Position numbers and translations under genes: made by a program
Part shown: positions 52,869 to 64,000 of the stretch, piece by piece
Layout: every line of letters begins with the position of its first letter
How positions within the stretch are numbered: the stretch's first letter is position 1
Notes under the pieces: generated by a model
What the model was told of the DNA's origin: nothing
What the model saw: the letters and a program-made list of their open reading frames with translations, nothing else
The model's database searches: none
NCBI RefSeq assembly: GCF_018350175.1
Contig: NC_058383.1
Location: 25,546,001-25,610,000 of the forward strand
Length of the DNA stretch: 64,000 bases
Source of the DNA: Felis catus
Lineage: Eukaryota
Direction: 5' to 3'

Positions 52869-53986
52869 AAAAATTAAAGAACAGGCTATAAGCCACAAGC
52901 ACCTCTATCAGGTCCTATTGCCTGTCACCCTGGTAACCTTACCTTGGAGGTGAACACACACACCTGTCCAAGAAAAGGAAAAAATAAAGGAAGAGCCAGG
53001 GAGGGAAGTGGTTGCAGGCTCGAGCATTGCATCACACCAAGGAAGGGAGCCAGAAGATAAGCAGCAATGTGGGCAAGCTGTTTCACTCCTGCCCACCACA
53101 ACCCCCAGAAGAATCTCTTTGGTAGCCCACCCTACCCAGAAATATGGAGGAAAGAGGATTCTGGAAAATGTGGTTCAGTCTAGTCGACACATTACACAGC
53201 CACCACGGTCCTTAAAGAAGTTTCTTTTGTTTGGGGAGTTTGGATGAGACGAGGAAAGTTAAGCTGTGGTTGTTTTCTTTATGAAATGGAAGAAAAATAG
53301 CACAAACCATTAAAGGATAATGTTTCTAAAACAGGCAAAATAATGTCTCTCACATAAATATAAACACATCATAGATTTTATTTAAGTCATTTGTTAAGGA
53401 GTGAACCGTAAATATGCTACAACTGGCTTAAAGGAGAAGACAAAGAACACACACACATAGGTAATCAGGATTCCAGGAAATGAATATACTTATTGGATGC
53501 AAAACTGGTGAACAGGCACAGTATGACAGTCACTTGTAGTCTATGAGACAAAATTTATTTGCATTTCTAGGGACAAGAATCATTTGCATTATTATCAGTT
53601 TTCTGCAACTTAGAGAGTTGCAAAATAGCTCAGAGGCCATGAAAGGTAGAGATAAACCTGAGGAGTGTACTGGATAGGATACCCAATCATCTTTTTTGCC
53701 TGCTCAACCCAAGTCTTTCATAATTTCCCTGTCACTAAGAATGGCCAACATTTTTTTAAATGCTTGTTAACTGCTCCAAGCAAATGCAGACATTAACTCA
53801 TATAAACCTACCAACATGCCATGATTTTGTACAGTCCACAATTTACAAGTAGGAAAACCAAGTACAGAGAGGTGAAGTAACTCACCCAAGATCACACAGC
53901 TCTTAAACACCACAGCTGGGATTGAAACCTGGCTGTCCCACTCCTAATTTAAACATTCTGCTATAACTGCACCCAACTTGTGATGG

Positions 53987-54197
53987 CAGTGGCATGTGGG
54001 GAGGGGGAGTAGTTTTTTATCACAGATAGTGTTTAAAATTTCTGGCCAATGCTTGGTGATAATAAAAAGTGTGCCTGCTCTTGGTCAGTTTTAATACTGA
54101 TTTGAGTTCTCTCTGCAGGCCATGACGCCCTCTCCACCTGCCATTTCCTGTTGGGGCAGACTGTTCCTATTACCCCTCCCCCTTAGTAAATCATCTG
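53987..54197 (-). mobile_element. hAT-Tip100 (MER97-like) relic
   Basis: TGGTGATAATAAAAAG...CAGTTTTA...TTCTCT...GGGGCAGACTGTTCC resembles the antisense of the recalled MER97 5' end. Confidence 0.45.
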
Positions 54198-54901
54198 CAC
54201 GTCTACCCCTAACCTCTCTCAGATTAGCTGTAAAGGCCCTCTGTAAAGGGTGGCCTTTACAGCTAATCTCCAGTTTTTGTCCTGCTTAATAGGGGATGCT
54301 TAACTGAAGGTGAGAGTTGCATTCCCTGGGATGCCAGAGGGACTTCTGGAGGCTGCAAGGTTGAAGTGGAAGAGGGGGGAAGAAGAGAATACAGATGTGG
54401 AGAGACAAGTTCCCTGCTGGGAAGAAAACTTGGTGGGCAAAACCACAGTTATCTAACGGGGAATCTGCTCAAGTTTCTATGGAATGGTGTGCAATGTGAA
54501 CTGCCTTCCCACATCCATGAAGTCTTCAGGAAAAATGGCATCACTGCTAATGCACTGAGGAGTTGAGTCTCTTTGGGGGCCTGCAGAGAGAAAAGACATC
54601 CCTCGGAAAGCTCCAGCAAGCCTGGGTCCCCTGCTTTCCAGAGCTGGGGAGAAGAGTCATGAGATTCAACATGTAAAATGGCTAGCCCAGAGCAAGCATT
54701 AAGTAAGAAGGGGGACAAGGGAGACTGGAAGACAGAAACAGGAAAACAGACAGAAAGAGAAACAGGAGATGTAGGAGCAAGAAGAACACTCAGAAAGTTA
54801 TCTGTGCAGGAAAAAAGAGCAAAGGACAACTCCCAAGTGATCCACACCTTGATGAGGGAGCATAAGGCAAGTGGAGGGCAAAGTACAGGAACAGCATACA
54901 C

Positions 54902-54904
<3 letters not shown>

Positions 54905-54937
<33 letters not shown>
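54905..54937. repeat. (CA)n microsatellite
   Basis: Direct run. Confidence 0.97.
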
Positions 54938-54941
<4 letters not shown>

Positions 54942-54946
54942 GGATG

Positions 54947-55573
54947 TGTGTGACATTCCTCAGGCACTCCTGGCTGCCAAAGGACAAAGGAAAGGACAGA
55001 AAACAAATGATTAAACTGATAGAGTCTCCATCAGTTTACAAATATCTTAGTAAATTGCAAGAAAGAGGCAATCTTATGAATATCCTAATCTCCAGAAGCC
55101 TACAGACTCCTTTTCCTGGAGCCCCAACATCACCCTCCCCTTCACAGTGATGTGGTGTTGAACAAAGGCAAGAAGGAAATGGCAGATAAATTGAATTTCC
55201 TTATAACCTGCAGCCCATTGACAAATACTTGAGGCAGACAGAGTAAAAGGTTTCTCCAGGAACTCCCTACTGTCTTAATGTTAATGCTTTGCTAGAGGGA
55301 AAAAAAAAATCTTAGCTTGATAATAGCTAGGCTTCCAGTAATCTGTGAGTCTTTAGCATATGAAAATCTTTTTGGAAGCTTCCCTTTTGACTTTACCTCC
55401 TCTAGCCCCATAGTATATAAGGAGCCACTCTTCACAATCCCAGTGCAGCTCTTTCTGCCCACAGGTCCTGTCCCCGTGCTTTAACAAAATCACTTTTTGC
55501 ATCAAAGACATCTTCAAGAATTCTTTCTTGGCTATCAGCTCCAAACCCCACTATAACCCCCAAAACTTCATCA
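54947..55573 (+). mobile_element. carnivore ERV solo LTR (CarLTR1-like), copy 1
   Basis: TG...CA ends and TATATAA at 55414-55420. Homologous along its length to the reverse complement of 56129-56666. Confidence 0.8.
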
Positions 55574-55699
55574 CTCTGGAGACTCCTTTGGAGCAGGAAC
55601 CAGCCCGTCTTATGCTGCTCTGAATTTCATCCCAAGACCCACCACAGGGCCTAACCCAGAATGGATACTCAGTGTTTACTTGAATTTTTAAAAAATACA

Positions 55700-56061
55700 T
55701 GGCTACTGCTAAAAAAAAAACAAAATTCAGCTGAATGATGTGAAGATCTAATCGGCTTTACTCTACAATTCATGAATCAGGCTGCATCCCATCCAGCAGA
55801 CAGAAAGGGGCTCTGAGGAGCTATGCAAGATGGAAGATTTTTATAAGCAGAAGGAGGCAGGGCAATGAGCGGATTGTCCAGACAAAGTCACCTTTCTTTG
55901 GGGGAAGGTCTATCAGGCCCATCAGCTCACTAGCGCTGACCAGGTAATTCCAGGAGGAGACTAAAACTGCAATTAGGTTAGATCTTAAATCTTGGTTTGC
56001 TGATGTGGAGCATAGCACAAGTGACTCCACTTGGAGCCCTGTTGTTTTCTTGTTGTAAACA
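55700..56061 (-). mobile_element. second-family ERV1 solo LTR (MER34-like)
   Basis: TTTTTATAAG (antisense TATA), ATTCATGAATCAGGCTGCATC and GACTCCACTTGG...AACA end are typical of antisense ERV1 LTRs. Confidence 0.55.
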
Positions 56062-56128
56062 CTACCCATGTACAAGAACACATATAAACAAAAGAATATA
56101 AACTAGACACATTAGAAATGCTATTAGG

Positions 56129-56666
56129 TGATGAGGTTTTGGGGTGATGCAGGGTTTGTGGGGTCCAGAGCCACGGGGTTGTGAGGAGTGGCTTGTTATA
56201 TACTATGAAGTTGGGGAGGTAAAGTCAAAAGGGAGGTCTCCAAAGGGACTTTGATGTGCTAAAGAGGACTCCTAAGGTACTGGAGGCCTTGCTATTGTCA
56301 AGCTAAGGTGGTTTTCCCTCTAGTAAGCTGGGAGGGGAGGGGGGTCCTGGAGAAATGTTATACTCTGTATTCGTCTCAAGTATTTGTCAATGGGCTGCAG
56401 ATTATAAGGAAATTTTGCCATTTCCTTCTTGCCTTTGTTCCCCATATCACTATGGAGGGGTGATGATGGGCCCAGGAAACTGAGTCTACAGGTTTCTGGA
56501 GATTAGGCTATTGATAAGATTGCTTGTTTCTTGTAATTTACTAGGATATTTGCAAACTGATGGAGACCCATGTCCTGTACAACCGTGATCTCTATGAGTT
56601 AGCCATTTGTTTTCTTTCCTTTCCTTTTTCCTTGAGGAGCCAAGAGTGCCTGAGGAATATCGCACA
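56129..56666 (-). mobile_element. carnivore ERV solo LTR (CarLTR1-like), copy 2
   Basis: TG...CA ends and antisense TATATAA at 56196-56202. 36/37 match of 56375-56411 (reverse complement) to 55197-55233. Confidence 0.8.
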
Positions 56667-56678
56667 TATTCCACAGTG

Positions 56679-56679
<1 letters not shown>

Positions 56680-56709
<30 letters not shown>
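56680..56709. repeat. G30 homopolymer
   Basis: Direct run of 30 G. Confidence 0.95.
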
Positions 56710-56712
<3 letters not shown>

Positions 56713-56865
56713 TGCTAGCCTGCACTTTGTCCTCAGCCCGCCCCATGCTCCCTCATCATTAGGAACCTGGAGAGGGTGGAACAAAGGAGAATTAACTAAT
56801 CAGTAATACAACAATAGGGGGCAAGAAGGAGGATGAATCCTTAGCCTCTGGAATCCAGAAAGAAC

Positions 56866-57036
56866 AAAGGGGAGGGGAGGGGAGGGGAGGGGAGGGGAGG
56901 GGAGGGGAGGGGAGGGGAGGGGAGGGGAGGGAAAGGAAAGGAAAGGAAAGGAAAGGAAAGGAAAGGAAAGGAAAGGAAAGGAAAGGAAAGAAGGAAGGAA
57001 GGAAGGAAGGAAGGAAGGAAGGAAGGAAGGAAGGAA

Positions 57037-57086
<50 letters not shown>

Positions 57087-57125
57087 AAAAGAAAGAAAGA
57101 AAGAAAGAAAGAAAGAAAAAGAAAA
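56866..57125. repeat. compound polypurine microsatellite (GGGGA)n-(GGAAA)n-(GGAA)n-(GAAA)n
   Basis: 260 bp containing only A and G. Confidence 0.97.
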
Positions 57126-57248
57126 CAGACAAAGGAAGGCTTGTGGGTTGGTAAATGAATGACAAAAATGATGGTAGGCTGCAGGGAGGAGGTGGGTTGG
57201 GAAATTTTCTCAAAGTCTTGAATTAGGATTAAGAATTAACCAAGGATA

Positions 57249-57469
57249 GGGGCACCTGGGTGGCTCAGTTGTTTGGGCATCCGACTTTGGCTCCGGCGGG
57301 TCATGATCTCACGGCTGGTGAGTTCGAGCCCTGCGTGGGCCTCTGCTGATAGCTCAGAGCCTGGAGCCTGCCTCCGATTCTGTGTCTCCCTCTCTCTCTC
57401 TGCCCCTCCTCCGCTCATGCTCTGTCTCTGTCTCAAAAATAAATAAACATTTAAAAAGAAATTTTTTTT
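57249..57469 (+). mobile_element. Can-SINE (SINEC_Fc type)
   Basis: Full SINE. Perfect TSD AAGAATTAACCAAGGATA at 57231-57248 and 57470-57487. Confidence 0.94.
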
Positions 57470-57487
57470 AAGAATTAACCAAGGATA

Positions 57488-57601
57488 GGGGTGCCTGGCT
57501 GGCTCAGTCAGAAGATCATGCAACTCCTAATCTCAGAGTTGTGGGTTTGACCTCCACATTGGGTATAGAGATTACTTTAAAAAAAAAGGATTAAAAAATA
57601 A
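57488..57601 (+). mobile_element. short older Can-SINE
   Basis: GGGGTGCCTGGCTGGCTCAGTC...ATAGAGATTACTTT plus A-tail, followed by a diverged TSD copy. Confidence 0.88.
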
Positions 57602-59230
57602 AATAATTGACCAAGAATAAGACAGGCTGACACCACTTGCCACCTCATAGGAAAGCAAATGTGTGTCTGGGGGACAGAAGAGAAGGGAGGTTGGTCACTG
57701 AAAACCTTTTCATGTCTTTTGAATTTTAAACCAGATAGAAATGTTGCCTATTCAAACACAAAAATGTACATTTTCCTTTTAAATTGACCAGGTTAATAAC
57801 TGATAAAGAAGAGAATTTCTAAGCATAAATACATTCCCTCTTTTGCAAACATTTGGGGAATTCTATGTTCCTTCCTTGTGAAGAACTAGAATGCTAGGGT
57901 TTGCATCCTTCTCAGAGCCAGAAGTAATTAGATGAGGGTTCAATCCTCTCCCAGGAACCTACCTAAGGGCTGCTACATGAAAACATTCCAACTGAACACA
58001 GCACTGCCCTAAAGGCTGCCAATCCCATTAGCTATAATATGAATGGGGTGGTTGCTCAGTGCCCAACCTGCACAACCTTATACAGTGACACTCTCCTCCT
58101 CCCACAGCCTAGACTTCTCTGGGGTATTAAAGTTTCATCAAATTCAAAATCCAAAACAGCTTTCACCAAAAGCATCCTATCTTTCATCTAAGAGGGAGTT
58201 TATGAATGTTATTTGTTTCTTGGTTTCCAAAAGTGCAGAGGAAGCATGCAAGGCCTCCTCCTGATGAGCTCACCTTCCCTCTAGCCCAGCACTTGAGTTC
58301 CTTGCCCTTGCTAACCATCTCTCACCACAAGTGAATTGACTCTGCCCACAACAGCTAACAATGATCCAATAGTTTTGTTTGCCTGCTGTGGGAATTCAAT
58401 TTGAGAAGTGTATTCATACTAAGGGAGCTTGCAGCATCCTGACCGCTCAGGATATGAGGTTACTATTAGGGGGTCAGACTACAGCTGCTTCTCCGGAGGC
58501 AAATGGGCAGGCAGCACATAGTCCTCCTGCCCTGCCTTCTGTCTCCAGCATAAAAGCCTCATGGACCAAGTCCAGCATGACTCAAATGTGTCACCAAGAC
58601 TCTTCTCCCTTATAAAATATCTGTCCTAGACTTTGACATTATAGTGTCTGTAACTCTATGTTTGGAGAGCAATGTCTACTGGTGGCCGTCAATCACAGGG
58701 TAAAGCCCAAACCTTGGCAAAGGCTCACAGGGGTGCAGTCCTGCTCCCTCCTTTCAATCCCCCAACACTAAATCAGTTTCAGGTCCAAATACTCTCTTGC
58801 CTCTTGGTGTTTGTATATGCTGGTCATTCTTCCAGAAACATCCTTCCATAATAGGAGACTGTTAAATAAACTCTGATACACTCTCACAGTAGAGTATCAG
58901 GAAGCCATTAAAAATGATAATGGAAAAGAGTATCAGGTGTCATAGGGAAATGTTACAACATATTGAGAAAACCCAGTTATGAAATCATAATAGTAACTAA
59001 TATTTATTAAGGAAATACTCTATACTACTGTTCTACTGTACCCTTAAATGAATTAACTCATTAAATCCTCAAAACAACTTTAGAAAGAAAGTATTGTGAT
59101 TATCCACCATTTTACTGATAAGGAAACTAAAGTTCAGAGAGATTACATAATGTGTCTAAGATTATAAACCCAGGCAGTAGCAGAGCTGGGACTGGAACCC
59201 AGGCCATTTGCCTTTCATTCTTGCATTCTT

Positions 59231-59867
59231 TTTTATTAAGATAATTGACATAAACGCTGTGTATGCTGTATAAGTTTAATACGGTGTACAACAGGTTTAT
59301 TTGATATTTTATATGTTGCAATATGATTACCAGCATTAGCTAACACCTTTATCATATCACTTAATTATCATTTCATTTTTGTGGTGGGACTAATTAAGAT
59401 CTTAGCAACTTTGATGGTTATAACCCAGTATTAATGCCTATAATCACTAGATTTCCAGGACTTCTTTATCACTAGTTACAAGTTTGTACCCTTAAACAAC
59501 ATATCCCCAACACCTGACTCCTGGCCCTGGGTAACCACCACTCTACTCTCTGTTTTTGCAAGTCCAGCTTTCTTAAGTAAACATTTGTCCAAAGAAGACA
59601 TCAAATGGCCAACAAGTACATGAAAAGATGCTCATTATCACTAATCATCAGGGAAATGTAAATCAAACCCACAATGAGAAATCACCTCATATCTTTTAGA
59701 AAGGCTATCATCAGAAAGGCATAGGTAACAAGTGATGGTGAGGATGTAGAGAAAAGGGAGCCCTGTTTACTACTGTTAGGAATGTAAATTGGTGCTGCGA
59801 ATCTGGAAAACAGTATGGAGATTCCCAAAAAAAATTAAAAATAGAACTACCATATGATCCCGCAGTG
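59231..59867 (-). mobile_element. old L1MA-like insertion with 5' inversion, inside a MIR
   Basis: Antisense 3' UTR (59231 to ~59577) joined to a sense ORF2 piece (~59578-59867). TSD-like C(T/C)TGCA(T/C)TCTT on both sides, and the MIR resumes afterwards. Confidence 0.7.
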
Positions 59868-60054
59868 CCTGCACTCTTAAGCACTACACAGTACTATATC
59901 AAACAGAAAGAGTTTGTGCATTGTGATCCTGACTTTATAAAAACAAAAAAAAACTATTACATATAGAAAGAGGAAGAGAGTTTTAAAGCATCACCCTGAT
60001 ATATGCCCAAATGTTCACAGCGGTCATCTCCTGAGGAGATTGATAAGGTGCAAT

Positions 60055-60410
60055 GTCACAGGTACATTCGCCAGGAAGGAGCCTCTGAGATGGAGTTGAT
60101 CATGAAGGATGTTTATTGAGGAGGGCTCTTGGGATCAACACTTATGGGAGAGAAAAACAGGAAGCAGGAAGTGGGGAAGGGGACAGCTTGAACTTCGATA
60201 CAGAGAACTCTAGATCTAGACTAGTCCTTCAGAGAGTCCCGAGCTGGGCCAAGGTAACCAGACATTTACGCTTCCTACGTCCATCAGTCACTGAATGTCG
60301 GCCACCCTCTGAGGCCAAGGTAGTCCCTGAAAGGGCCAACATACGTCCAAACTCTAGACAACAAGTGTTCCTAGAAGGGGGATCTGTGGGGTGTAGCACA
60401 TGCCCTCACA
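60055..60410 (-). mobile_element. LTR16-like ERVL solo LTR
   Basis: TGTC...CTCTGAGATGGAG...ATGTTTATTGAGGAGGGCTCTTGGGATCAACAC...GGGGATCTG...CACA. Confidence 0.6.
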
Positions 60411-61476
60411 GGAGATTTTAATTCTCTTCCTTTTGTCTATATGTACTATAGTTAACACATATCATTTGTGCAACAAGGGAAAAAGCTAACAGAAGAAAAT
60501 AAGTCATCAATCCTCAATTACATTGGAACCAAAGGAAAGCTTGGCTCCACCTTTTGAACAAGACCAAAGTGGAAGATCAAGCTTATGTCACACAGTAAAT
60601 GACTCATGCCTTCTAAGACTGCTTGGGCATAAATATTAGTTCAAATTATTGCACATGAATTAGCTGGGAGAGCTTCAAACACACAGAATTGCAGAAATTG
60701 ACAGGTGTATGAGAACTCTGGCCAAGGACCCAGTTGACCAGATTATCTAGCCTTAGGGAAGTATGTAGCAGCTACCTCCTTCTCCCCAAGATACAGGGAT
60801 GGTAGACTATTCCATGGAGACCCACAATGAACCACACCTTTTAATTTATTCCCTTGACTCTATGGCCTACAATGGCCTACAATGGCCTATGGGACCATAG
60901 CACCTATAATGCAAGGAGAGGCTTACTAAGCTTTTGCACACAGGGACTTATCTTCTTAGAATAATCTCTCTTGGAACCCAGCCACCACACTATAAGGAAG
61001 TCCTGGGTATCATTCACATAGAGAGATCCTAAAAGATGAAACAACATGTGGTGGAATAAGCCATATATAGAAAAGCCCAGTAGAACTCCTGACTGAACAC
61101 ATCATAAATGGCCCCCGTCAAAACCATGTAGAGCAGAACTACCCAGTCAATTCACAGAATCCTGAAAAATAATAAACTGTGACTGGTTTGAGACACTAAA
61201 TTTGGGGGTGGTTTTCTATTGCTGTAAAAACTGAAACAGCAGGAGCTGGGCTGTTAAAGGGGTCACTGGATAAGTCCAATGACTGTGGTCTGTCCTGGCC
61301 TGGCCCTGCCCATGATCCATGTGCTCAATGTCTACCTTGAAACTAATCCAATCTGCCCTCCTACCACATAGCCACTGACACTAGAGGTCCAAAATACAAT
61401 ACCCCAAGGCTATTTACAGCTCTGTCCTTGAGCCCTTCTTCTGTGTTCCAGAGAAGCAGTTAAGACCATGGGCTCT

Positions 61477-61683
61477 GGGGCGCCTGGGTGGCGCAGTCGG
61501 TTAAGCGTCCGACTTCAGCCAGGTCACGATCTCGCGGTCCGTGAGTTCGAGCCCCGCGTCAGGCTCTGGGCTGATGCTCAGAGCCGGGAGCCTGTTTCAG
61601 ATTCTGTGTCTCCCTCTCTCTCTGCCCCTCCCCTGTTCATGCTCTGTCTCTCTCTCTCCCAAAAATAAATAAACGTTGAAAAA

Positions 61684-61714
<31 letters not shown>
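61477..61714 (+). mobile_element. young CpG-rich SINEC_Fc inserted in a MIR
   Basis: Intact CpGs and a long poly-A. Perfect TSD AAGACCATGGGCTCTGG at 61462-61478 and 61715-61731. Confidence 0.96.
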
Positions 61715-61717
<3 letters not shown>

Positions 61718-61829
61718 ACCATGGGCTCTGGACTAAGTCTGCCTGGGTTCAGATCTCAGTACCCCTGCCTACTAGCTGAGTGACTTCTCTGAATCTCAAT
61801 ATCTTCATATGTAAAATGGGTTAATAATA

Positions 61830-62285
61830 TATCAGGTTGAATATCATCCCCCTACAATTCATATACACCCAGAACCTGTGAATGTGACCTTGATTGGAAG
61901 CAGGCTATTAGAAGATGTAATCAAGTTAAGATAAGATCATCCTGGATTACGGTGGGCCATAAGTACAATATGACTGGTGTCCTTATGAAAACAGGGAAAT
62001 TTGAACCCAAATACACACACATACAGAAGAAAAATGACCAAGTAAAGACACAGGCAGAGATTGGAGTTATGCTACCATCAGCCAAGGAATGCCTAGGGTT
62101 GCTGGCAACCTCCAAAAGCTAGGAAAGTAAGGAATAATTCTTCCCTAGAGTCTTCTGAGGAACATGGCCCTGACAACACCTTGATTTCAGACTTCTGGCC
62201 TCCAGGACTGTAAGAGAATAAATTTGTTGTTTTAGGCCACACAGTTTGTGGTCATTTGTTATGGCAGCCCCAGGAAACTAATACA
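61830..62285 (+). mobile_element. MLT1C-like MaLR LTR
   Basis: GGTTGAAT..CCCC...CCTGTGAATGTGACCTT...GATTTCAGACTTCTGGCCTCCAG...GGAAACTAATACA. Confidence 0.85.
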
Positions 62286-63388
62286 AAGTCCTGCTGTGTG
62301 ATGACTGAAGGAGTTAATACAGGTAACCCTCTCTACCAGAACTCTTGCTATGAAAACTAAGGAACAAAATAGATTCAGATAGTGGGTACTACCCAGCACC
62401 CAGGAATGCAATGGTAACCATTACTAATGGAGACCAACTCCCCTTCCAGTCTTGTCACAGACAGTCTCTGAGCTGAGGGCTCCATGTCCTAAATCAGTGA
62501 TCCTAATCACCTGGAGGAGCTCACTAAAGTTACAGCTAACTGGGTCACACAACTCTGGATTCTGATTTAGTAGACTGGGTTGGGCTCCAGGAATGGTCAT
62601 TTGAAGAAGTCAATGCTACTCCAGGTGCTACAGAGTAAGATGATCCATAGACCATACTTTGAGAAATGCTGCCTAGGACTCAGGGTATACACTCAGTCTC
62701 TGGGTTTACCTGTTGGCATGTCCTAATGGATTCCAATGTGGACTTACCCACTCTGGCTCCAGTCTATCAAAGTAGCATGTCCCACCCTAGCACTAGCTAG
62801 ATGCCATGGGTTTGGTCAACTCTTCATTCCCCAACACCATCCACACCCTATCTTAGACATCAAAATTGCTTAGCATTTGGGCAAAAGGTTTGAGGCTGCT
62901 AAATAATAATAACAATAACAGTTATCATTTATTGAGCATCTATTGCATGTGAAGGCTTCACATATGGTATTCCTAAATCCCACAATAACTCTGAAAGTTA
63001 AGTTTAGTCATTATTGTGCATTTGAAGAAAAATGAAGCTCAGAGAGGCAACAGAATTTACTCAGAATCACCTAGCCAATAAACTAAAGATCTGGGACTTA
63101 ATCTATATCTGACCCTAAGTCCACATCCTTTCCTAGATAATTTCTGCTTACTCGGGTCCTTCTCATTCTTGCCATGACCCTCCTTCTAAAATAGAGAACA
63201 CCAGGTTGTGATAGTCAGGGTAATTAACACTAGCTACTATAACAAACATCCCCAAAATCTCAGTGACCTAACAAACAAGGGTTCATATCTTACACACATT
63301 ATAGTCTGATGAGGGTTGAGAAGATCTCCTGGGAAACTCTTTCTCATGGGTCCTAACATATTCCATCTGTGGTATTATAATCTTCAAA

Positions 63389-63390
<2 letters not shown>

Positions 63391-63432
<42 letters not shown>
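63391..63432. repeat. (AC)n microsatellite
   Basis: Direct run. Confidence 0.97.
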
Positions 63433-63436
<4 letters not shown>

Positions 63437-63565
63437 CATCTGTCTCCATTTCTTTATCCTTCAGACCCCTTTGTCAACATTATTTCCCCAGTGAAGTCCT
63501 CCCATATTCTCAGTCATATATTCCCACATCTCCCTAGTCTTCTCATATTATAAGACACTGTTGTT

Positions 63566-63790
63566 GGGGTGCCTGGGTGGCTCAGTCAGTTAAGCATCTG
63601 ACTCTTGATTTCAGCTCAGGTCATGATCTCATGGTTCATGAGTTCAAGCCCCACATCGGGCTCTTTATTGGCAGTGAGGAGGCTGCTTGGGATTCTTACT
63701 TTTCCCTCTCTCTCTGCCCCTCCCCTGCTCCCTTTCTCTCTCACTCTAAAATAAATAATAAATACATAAACTTAAAAAAATAATTAGAAA
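63566..63790 (+). mobile_element. Can-SINE
   Basis: Full SINE. TSD AAGACACTGTTGT at 63552-63564 and 63792-63804. Confidence 0.92.
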
Positions 63791-64000
63791 AAAGACACTG
63801 TTGTCTACCTAACCAGAATCCAAAATCCTCTCTATTATTTCTTCCTAACAAAATCTGATCACATCAGGCATTCACACCTCCCACATGTTATAGGGCAATG
63901 GTAATGTATCCCCAGCTATAGCTTAATTAGTCTTAACTGATCAGAGTAATTTATGACCCTGGCAATTGTTATTGGTTCCAGAAAGACCATATTATCTAAA

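Noticed and set aside
54449..55006. 185-aa minus-strand ORF
   Set aside because: Built from a (TG)n microsatellite, an LTR end and pyrimidine-rich sequence; no protein-like features.
55574..56128. Inversion of the spacer by recombination between the inverted LTRs
   Set aside because: Swapping and reverse-complementing the inner flanks does not restore matching TSDs.
56800..57213. 137-aa Ser/Phe/Pro-rich ORF
   Set aside because: Translation of the polypyrimidine microsatellite strand.
57231..57619. Repeat-spacer-repeat pattern resembling a CRISPR array
   Set aside because: The spacers are SINEs and the repeats are TSDs; this is eukaryotic DNA with no cas genes.
60861..60890. Three tandem 10-bp units (ATGGCCTACA)
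   Set aside because: Ordinary slippage micro-duplication with no further structure.

Overview
Mammalian genomic DNA from a cat-family (felid) genome, judged from the abundant tRNA-derived Can-SINEs (SINEC_Fc type) and feline-type LINE-1 3' ends. The only host protein-coding sequence I can support is the terminal coding exon of the orphan class A GPCR GPR139 (+ strand, 15341-16275). Positions 1-15340 are probably its long first intron, since exon 1 is not in the window. A largely repeat-free 3' UTR probably runs to about 19615. The remaining ~44 kb is intergenic, with SINEs, young and old L1s, MLT/ERV LTRs, DNA-transposon relics and microsatellites. I found no convincing new gene or CRISPR-like system. 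The most unusual structures are: a 1.25-kb LTR-PBS(Arg)-gag relic-LTR mini-provirus (45181-46426); two very young L1 copies that are identical over 510 bp but differ in their 3' halves; a tail-less antisense L1 fragment flanked by a 69-bp duplication; a twin-primed L1; a re-used SINE target site; an inverted LTR pair; a perfect 18-bp inverted repeat; and a G30 run beside a 260-bp pure-purine tract. Repeat family names come from recalled consensus sequences and need RepeatMasker/Dfam confirmation.
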